Shown here one piece after another: positions 58,713-64,000 of a stretch of DNA of 64,000 nucleotides (within the stretch, counting starts at the first letter, position 1; every line of letters starts with the position of its first letter). The position numbers and the translations under genes were made by a program. The notes beneath the pieces were generated by a model. It saw only the letters and a program-made list of their open reading frames with translations. It did no database searches and was not told the origin of the DNA. This DNA comes from Halarcobacter sp. (lineage in GTDB: Bacteria > Campylobacterota > Campylobacteria > Campylobacterales > Arcobacteraceae): NCBI GenBank assembly GCA_048571215.1, contig CP182352.1:3232001-3296000 (forward strand), written 5' to 3'.

Positions 58713-59363
58713 ATGAAAAAATGGGAAGAGATAATAAATAAAGAGAAATCTAAAGCTTACTATTCAAGCTTAAAAGAACAGATTGATTACAAATATAAAA
58801 ATACAACAGTATTCCCTCCTAAGAGGATGATCTATAACGCTTTTTCAAAAACACCATTTGATGATTTAAAAGTTGTAATATTAGGGCAAGATCCTTATCA
58901 TGGAAAAGACCAAGCTCAAGGCTTAGCTTTTTCAACACCAAAAGAGATTAAAAATCCACCCTCTATGAAAAATATATTAAAAGAGATTGAATCTGATCTT
59001 AAAAGGCCCTCATCTTGCATAGATGGAGATTTGAATACCTGGGCACAAGAGGGAGTATTATTGTTAAATACAATTTTAACTGTAGAAGAGGGGAAACCTA
59101 AATCTCATCACAATCTTGGTTGGGAAATTTTTACAGACAATATTATAAAATATATTTCTCATAATTGTGAAGATGTGATTTTTTTACTTTGGGGAGCACC
59201 AGCTATTTCTAAATCAAAGTTGATAGATAAAAGGAAACATTATATATTAACTGCTCCACATCCTAGTCCTTTATCTGCATACAGGGGATTTTTTGGATGT
59301 AAACATTTTAGTAAAACAAATGAAATTTTAGATTTAATAGATAAAAAACCAATTAATTGGTAA
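58713..59363 (+). CDS. ung: Uracil-DNA glycosylase (family 1)
   Basis: GQDPYH, GLAFS, LLLN, HPSPLS. Confidence 0.97.
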   Translation: MKKWEEIINKEKSKAYYSSLKEQIDYKYKNTTVFPPKRMIYNAFSKTPFDDLKVVILGQDPYHGKDQAQGLAFSTPKEIKNPPSMKNILKEIESDLKRPSSCIDGDLNTWAQEGVLLLNTILTVEEGKPKSHHNLGWEIFTDNIIKYISHNCEDVIFLLWGAPAISKSKLIDKRKHYILTAPHPSPLSAYRGFFGCKHFSKTNEILDLIDKKPINW

Positions 59364-59374
59364 AAGGAAGAGAA

Positions 59375-59779
59375 ATGGATGAAGAGAAATGGTATTTAGA
59401 AAATACTGGAAATCTAAACCAAATGTTAAGAGTAAGGGATGATATAGATTTACCTCAGACTATGAATGAGTTCCCAAATTTGGTTTTAATAAAACATGAT
59501 TTTCATGCAGCTGATGATATTATGTTCCCTGATCCTGCTTGTATAGCTTTCTTTACAGTTTTTGAAAACAATTATTTAGAGGCTTTAGAAGAGGAAAATG
59601 AATTAGCCCTATTAGCAGTTGATATATGTGAAGGCTTAATGGAATTTTATGTTTATTGTAAAGACCCACAAAAGATAATATATGATTCAATTGAATTTTT
59701 AAAATCAAATTCATTGTATGAATGTGATTTTGAAGTTATTTTAAATGATAATGGAGATAGATTAAATAATTTAATCTAG
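59375..59779 (+). CDS. Hypothetical protein (DUF695-like)
   Basis: Acidic protein with MLRVR, FPD and EFYVY motifs; start MDEEKW after AAGGA. Confidence 0.6.
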   Translation: MDEEKWYLENTGNLNQMLRVRDDIDLPQTMNEFPNLVLIKHDFHAADDIMFPDPACIAFFTVFENNYLEALEEENELALLAVDICEGLMEFYVYCKDPQKIIYDSIEFLKSNSLYECDFEVILNDNGDRLNNLI

Positions 59780-60366
59780 AATCCACTATTTAACCAAAGA
59801 TATACTTTATAATACCAATATCTATGACCTTTTGAAGGATATTTTTTTATATCACCAAAAACAAACTCTACAATCTCTTTATTTTTTGCATCAAGACTTG
59901 CACCTTTAGATAGAAATTGAGCAAATCCATTTTTTAGAAAAGTTTGAACTTGTTCCTCTTTTTCTTTAAACTCCATATAGCTCAAATCTTTTATTCTTTG
60001 TATCTCTCTATCCTCTAAAGTTTTTAGATATACTTGAAACTTAGTGTATGCACTAGATTTTTTTTCATTTTTACTATTGAAAAAAGCACTACTTGACTTC
60101 TCTACATCATGTTTTATATCCATTCCCATATCAATACATTGTTGAGTGTTATAGTCAATTTCTACACTTTTTTCATTTTCTTCCTCTTTTTTTTCTTCTT
60201 CTTGTGGAGTTTTATTTTCATATATTCTTTTTTCTTGTGGAGTTTCAATAAATGGATTTTTATTAATAACTTTAGTAGGAGTTTTCTTCTGAATCTCTTT
60301 TTGTTTCTCTACTTCATCATCTTTTTTTTCATTTTGTACAGGTTTTTTACTAAAAAAATTTAACAT
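59776..60366 (-). CDS. Hypothetical protein
   Basis: 196-aa ORF, charged N-terminal half. Confidence 0.65.
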   Translation of the reverse strand: MLNFFSKKPVQNEKKDDEVEKQKEIQKKTPTKVINKNPFIETPQEKRIYENKTPQEEEKKEEENEKSVEIDYNTQQCIDMGMDIKHDVEKSSSAFFNSKNEKKSSAYTKFQVYLKTLEDREIQRIKDLSYMEFKEKEEQVQTFLKNGFAQFLSKGASLDAKNKEIVEFVFGDIKKYPSKGHRYWYYKVYLWLNSGF

Positions 60367-60394
60367 CCTTCGCCCTTCTTTCTTCGTATTCTAT

Positions 60395-60790
60395 TTATTC
60401 ATTAAGACCTTGCAAAAAATTTACAAAATTTTTGTTATGTATTTTACTAATTTGCATAAAAATAAATACAACAATTACCACATTAAAATGAATCATCGCT
60501 TCTCTAAATGGCAAAAAAGCCAATAAAACCCCTGCAATAAGTATAAAAATAGGATAAGATAGTTTTATCCTAGCTTCATCATTAAGCAAAGCAGTTTTGT
60601 AATCTCTTAGATTGTTTTTTATGAACTCTTTATCATTTGTAGTTAATTCATTATTTTGTTTTAACTCATTTAAACCTTTTAATACCTCTAGTTTTTTTCT
60701 ATATTGATAATATTTAACAAATATTAAAATTAGTATCACAATAGAAAGCAAGTTTGATAATAGCTCTAAAGGAATTTGAACATTTTGCAT
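60395..60790 (-). CDS. Hypothetical membrane protein
   Basis: 131-aa ORF with three hydrophobic segments. Confidence 0.7.
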   Translation of the reverse strand: MQNVQIPLELLSNLLSIVILILIFVKYYQYRKKLEVLKGLNELKQNNELTTNDKEFIKNNLRDYKTALLNDEARIKLSYPIFILIAGVLLAFLPFREAMIHFNVVIVVFIFMQISKIHNKNFVNFLQGLNE

Positions 60791-60938
60791 TACACACCCT
60801 GAAATAAAATTTAATCTTATTATATATGAATTTATATTTATATAATATCAAAAAATAAAATAAAAAACACTTTTCTATTTAAATAAGTTTTAAGATTATT
60901 TATATAATAATCATTAATATTATTTAAAAGGAGTAAGT

Positions 60939-61178
60939 ATGAAAAGAGTTTTATTGTTGTTAATCTTAGGATTTAGTTTTATTTGGGCACAAATAGATTT
61001 AAATAATGCATCAAAGGATGAGTTAATGGCTATTAAGGGGATTGGTGAAAAAAAAGCGCAACAAATAATAGAGTATAGGAAAACAAAAAAGATAGAAAAT
61101 ATTGAGGAGCTTGCTTCTTTAAAAGGTTTTGGTCCTGCACTTATTAGTAATATAAAAGAGGAAAATAAGAGTAAATAA
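60939..61178 (+). CDS. ComEA-like helix-hairpin-helix DNA-binding protein
   Basis: Signal peptide, IDLNNASKDEL..IKGIGEKKA, LKGFG. Confidence 0.9.
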   Translation: MKRVLLLLILGFSFIWAQIDLNNASKDELMAIKGIGEKKAQQIIEYRKTKKIENIEELASLKGFGPALISNIKEENKSK

Positions 61179-61251
61179 ATTTTTTAAATTTTAAAATAAG
61201 TATTGTACTTTATTAATTTTTTGCTAAAATATAGCAAAAAAGGCAAAAGCA

Positions 61252-61668
61252 TTGAAAATATCAGTTAACTCATTTTGCCCTTGTGGCAGTACCAAAAAAT
61301 ATAAGAAGTGTTGTAAGATATTCCATGATGGCTCAAATCCAAAAAATGCCTTGGAACTAATGAAATCAAGATATACAGCTTTTGCCGCCAATGAGTATAA
61401 GTATATTATAAAAACTACACATAAGGAAAATAGCGATTATTCTTCTGATAAAGAGAGTTGGAAAAACTCGATTTTGGAGTTTTCTAAAATTAGTAAATTT
61501 GAGAAGTTAGATATTTTGGAGTTTATTGATGGTGAGAATGAAGCTTTCGTGACCTTTAAAGCTACAATTTTTCAAGGTGCCATTGATGTTTCTTTTATAG
61601 AAAAAAGTAGATTTTTAAAAGATGATGGAGTTTGGTATTATCATAGTGGCGAATTCCTAAATGAATAA
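61252..61668 (+). CDS. YchJ family (SEC-C motif) protein
   Basis: CPCGSTKKYKKCC, LMKSRYTAF, EKSRF..WYY..G. Confidence 0.92.
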   Translation: MKISVNSFCPCGSTKKYKKCCKIFHDGSNPKNALELMKSRYTAFAANEYKYIIKTTHKENSDYSSDKESWKNSILEFSKISKFEKLDILEFIDGENEAFVTFKATIFQGAIDVSFIEKSRFLKDDGVWYYHSGEFLNE

Positions 61669-62332
61669 AATTATTGAAAAGGCTTTTGAGGGAGTAGTTG
61701 GAAATATACTTCTACTCTCTTTATTTATAACTCTTTGTCTGATCACTTTTGTAATTGTTAGTTATCAAATCGATAATAATTTTGCAAAAAAAATTACTGC
61801 AATTGTATTTACTAATGTATTAGTTGGAAGGGTTCCTGCTTTATCTTTAGGATATGCAGCAAGTTTACCCCATTTTATTGTTATATTCATTAATATTCTT
61901 GTTGAGATGATTTTAGTAACTTTGTTTTATCCACTTTTTGTTTATAGTTTTAAAGGGATAGTAAAAATAAAATTATTGGAAGATTTTTTTAATGAAGTAA
62001 AAAATAAAAAAGAATCACATCAAAAAAAATTTGATAGATATGGAAAGTTTGGGCTTTTTATATTTGTTTTTATTCCTTTTTGGATGACAGGCCCAATAGT
62101 TGGGTCAATAATTGGATTTTTGATTGGAATGAAACACTATACAGTTATATTTATTGTATTTATTGCAACTGTAATTTCAATAACTCTATGGGGCTTGTTT
62201 TTACAAGAGATAATTAATTTTTTATTAAATTTTAATGCCCAGCTTGCATGGATTGTTTTATTTATAGTAGTGATATTTTTACTAATACTTAGGTTTAAAG
62301 ATAAAATATTTAAAAAGGATAAAAATAAATGA
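61661..62332 (+). CDS. Putative small multi-drug export family membrane protein
   Basis: GLFIFVFIPFWMTGPIVG; multiple TM segments. Confidence 0.75.
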   Translation: MNKIIEKAFEGVVGNILLLSLFITLCLITFVIVSYQIDNNFAKKITAIVFTNVLVGRVPALSLGYAASLPHFIVIFINILVEMILVTLFYPLFVYSFKGIVKIKLLEDFFNEVKNKKESHQKKFDRYGKFGLFIFVFIPFWMTGPIVGSIIGFLIGMKHYTVIFIVFIATVISITLWGLFLQEIINFLLNFNAQLAWIVLFIVVIFLLILRFKDKIFKKDKNK

Positions 62333-63066
62333 AAATACTTTTAGCACCAGCAGAAACAAAAAATAGTGGTGGAACTCAAAACCCATTTTGTAAAAACAAT
62401 TTTTGCTTTGAAGATTTATTTCCAAAAAGAGAAGAGATATTTGATATATATGAAGATTTTATAAATAATTCTACAATTGAAGAGTTATCTTCTTGGTTTG
62501 GTTTAAAAAAGTTAGAAGATGTAGCAAAATATAAGACTAGTTTAAAAGATAAACCAACAATGAAAGCTATAAACCGATATAGTGGAGTTGCTTTTGATGC
62601 TTTAGCTTATAATAGTTTAGATAAAAGAATACAGAATTATATTGATGAAAATGTAGTTATATTCTCAAATCTATTTGGACCACTTTTAGCAAAAGATTTA
62701 ATCCCTGATTATAAGTATAAACAAGGGGCAAAATTACCTAATATAAATGTAGAAAAATTTTATATGGATAATTTCACAGAAAAATTGGATGATTTTGTAG
62801 CAGATGAGGTTATAGATTTAAGAGCTGGATTTTATGAAAAATTTTATAAAGTAAAAAAAGCAAATGTTTTAACTTTTAAGTTTATAAAAGATGGAAAAGT
62901 TGTATCCCATTGGGCTAAACATTATAGAGGAAAAGTTTTGCAAGAGATAGCTAAAAATGGGATAAAAAACCATAGTGAGTTTATGAATATGCAAATACCT
63001 GGGCTCAAACTAAAAGAGATACAAGAGAAAAACAATATAAGATTATTGATAATGGAAATTGTTTAA
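62329..63066 (+). CDS. yaaA: YaaA (DUF328) peroxide-stress family protein
   Basis: ILLAPAETK, AINRYSGVAF, SNLFG, IPDYK, AKHYRG. Confidence 0.85.
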   Translation: MKILLAPAETKNSGGTQNPFCKNNFCFEDLFPKREEIFDIYEDFINNSTIEELSSWFGLKKLEDVAKYKTSLKDKPTMKAINRYSGVAFDALAYNSLDKRIQNYIDENVVIFSNLFGPLLAKDLIPDYKYKQGAKLPNINVEKFYMDNFTEKLDDFVADEVIDLRAGFYEKFYKVKKANVLTFKFIKDGKVVSHWAKHYRGKVLQEIAKNGIKNHSEFMNMQIPGLKLKEIQEKNNIRLLIMEIV

Positions 63067-63077
63067 TTTATAAAAAA

Positions 63078-64000
63078 TTAATTAGTATTTGGAAGTCTTT
63101 TATTATATAAAAAAACTAATGCACAAAAAGAGAAAAATGAAGAGTATAAAAATAGATATTCTCCATAAAGCCATCCTGCAATTAGTGCACCTAAAAATCC
63201 TCCTAGACCATATGCAACTCCATACATAAATTGTTGTGCTAACTTTTTATTTTCATATAAAGTATATAAAAACATAATTGTAGCACTGTGATAAAGTCCA
63301 AATGAAAAGGCATGAATACTTTGAGTTAAGAAGGTAAGTGTTATATTATCAGGAAAGGCAAAAAGTAAAAACCATCTAAGAACTGTTATAGCAATTGAGA
63401 ATTTGATTATACTTAAAAGATTTTTTTTCAAAAGTGGTGCTTGGAAATATAAAAGTATAATCTCACAAATAACACCAAATGACCACATATAAGAGGTTAA
63501 CTCTAAACTTATACCATGTTCCGTCTCATATATAGTAAAAAAGTTATAAAATCCCCCAAAACTTAGTTGCATAAAAAATAAACTAACCCACAAAGGCCAA
63601 TACTTAAAAAATGAAAATGGTTCTTTTGATTCTTTTTCATTATGACTAATATCATCATATTTAAGTAATGAAAAAGCAAAGCTTGTTGTAAGTACAATTA
63701 CTGCTAAATAATAGTGTAGGGCAATAAACGGGTGGGTCAAAAAATGCCCTAAGACTAAAGATATGAGAGTAAAACCAATAGAACCATATAGTCGTGATTT
63801 ACCATATCTATCTTTCCCTAGTATTTTTATTGCAGTTACTTCTAAGTAAGGAAGTATTAAAGACAAAGCAGCACCTAAAATGGCATTGTTTATCATAAAA
63901 GCGTAAAAATTTTCAATTGTCAAATAAAAGAATAGTGCACAAATAACTGAAAGCAATAGTGCAGATTTAAATACTCTTTGATTTAGTGTTATATGTTTTA
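63078..64000 (-). CDS. MFS transporter (MFS_1-like/HcaT-like); 5' end probably outside the window
   Basis: YGKSRLYGSIGF, YNFFTIY, GVICEI, HAFSFG, YGLGG. Confidence 0.85.
   Translation of the reverse strand, partial: KHITLNQRVFKSALLLSVICALFFYLTIENFYAFMINNAILGAALSLILPYLEVTAIKILGKDRYGKSRLYGSIGFTLISLVLGHFLTHPFIALHYYLAVIVLTTSFAFSLLKYDDISHNEKESKEPFSFFKYWPLWVSLFFMQLSFGGFYNFFTIYETEHGISLELTSYMWSFGVICEIILLYFQAPLLKKNLLSIIKFSIAITVLRWFLLFAFPDNITLTFLTQSIHAFSFGLYHSATIMFLYTLYENKKLAQQFMYGVAYGLGGFLGALIAGWLYGEYLFLYSSFFSFCALVFLYNKRLPNTN

Overview
AT-rich bacterial chromosome segment. Gene content and style suggest Campylobacterota, probably Arcobacteraceae (inference). In order along the window: (i) the 5' end of a LEPR-XLL-type giant surface protein, truncated by the window start and missing from the ORF track. 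(ii) Two convergent operons of a circularly permuted ATP-grasp / alpha-E / transglutaminase / DUF2126 peptide-ligase system, including one active and one catalytically dead M14 peptidase. (iii) hsp20 preceded by two CIRCE boxes and a HAIR-like box. (iv) A complete type I-B (Tneap/Cst-like) CRISPR-Cas locus with a likely internal Cas11 start in cas8, a Bro-N gene between cas3 and cas4, and a 61-repeat/60-spacer array. An unexplained promoter-bearing structured RNA and an orphan degenerate repeat follow the array. (v) A GGDEF-EAL gene with foreign codon usage. (vi) A sulfate-assimilation operon in which a four-helix-bundle (IVS/Avd-like) gene sits between cysD and cysN, flanked by mutually complementary 7-nt tandem repeats, one block of which now encodes the CysN N-terminus. 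(vii) Ordinary housekeeping and signalling genes, plus an ERIC-like palindromic element and an antitoxin remnant. All calls are by eye from motifs; no database searches were run.
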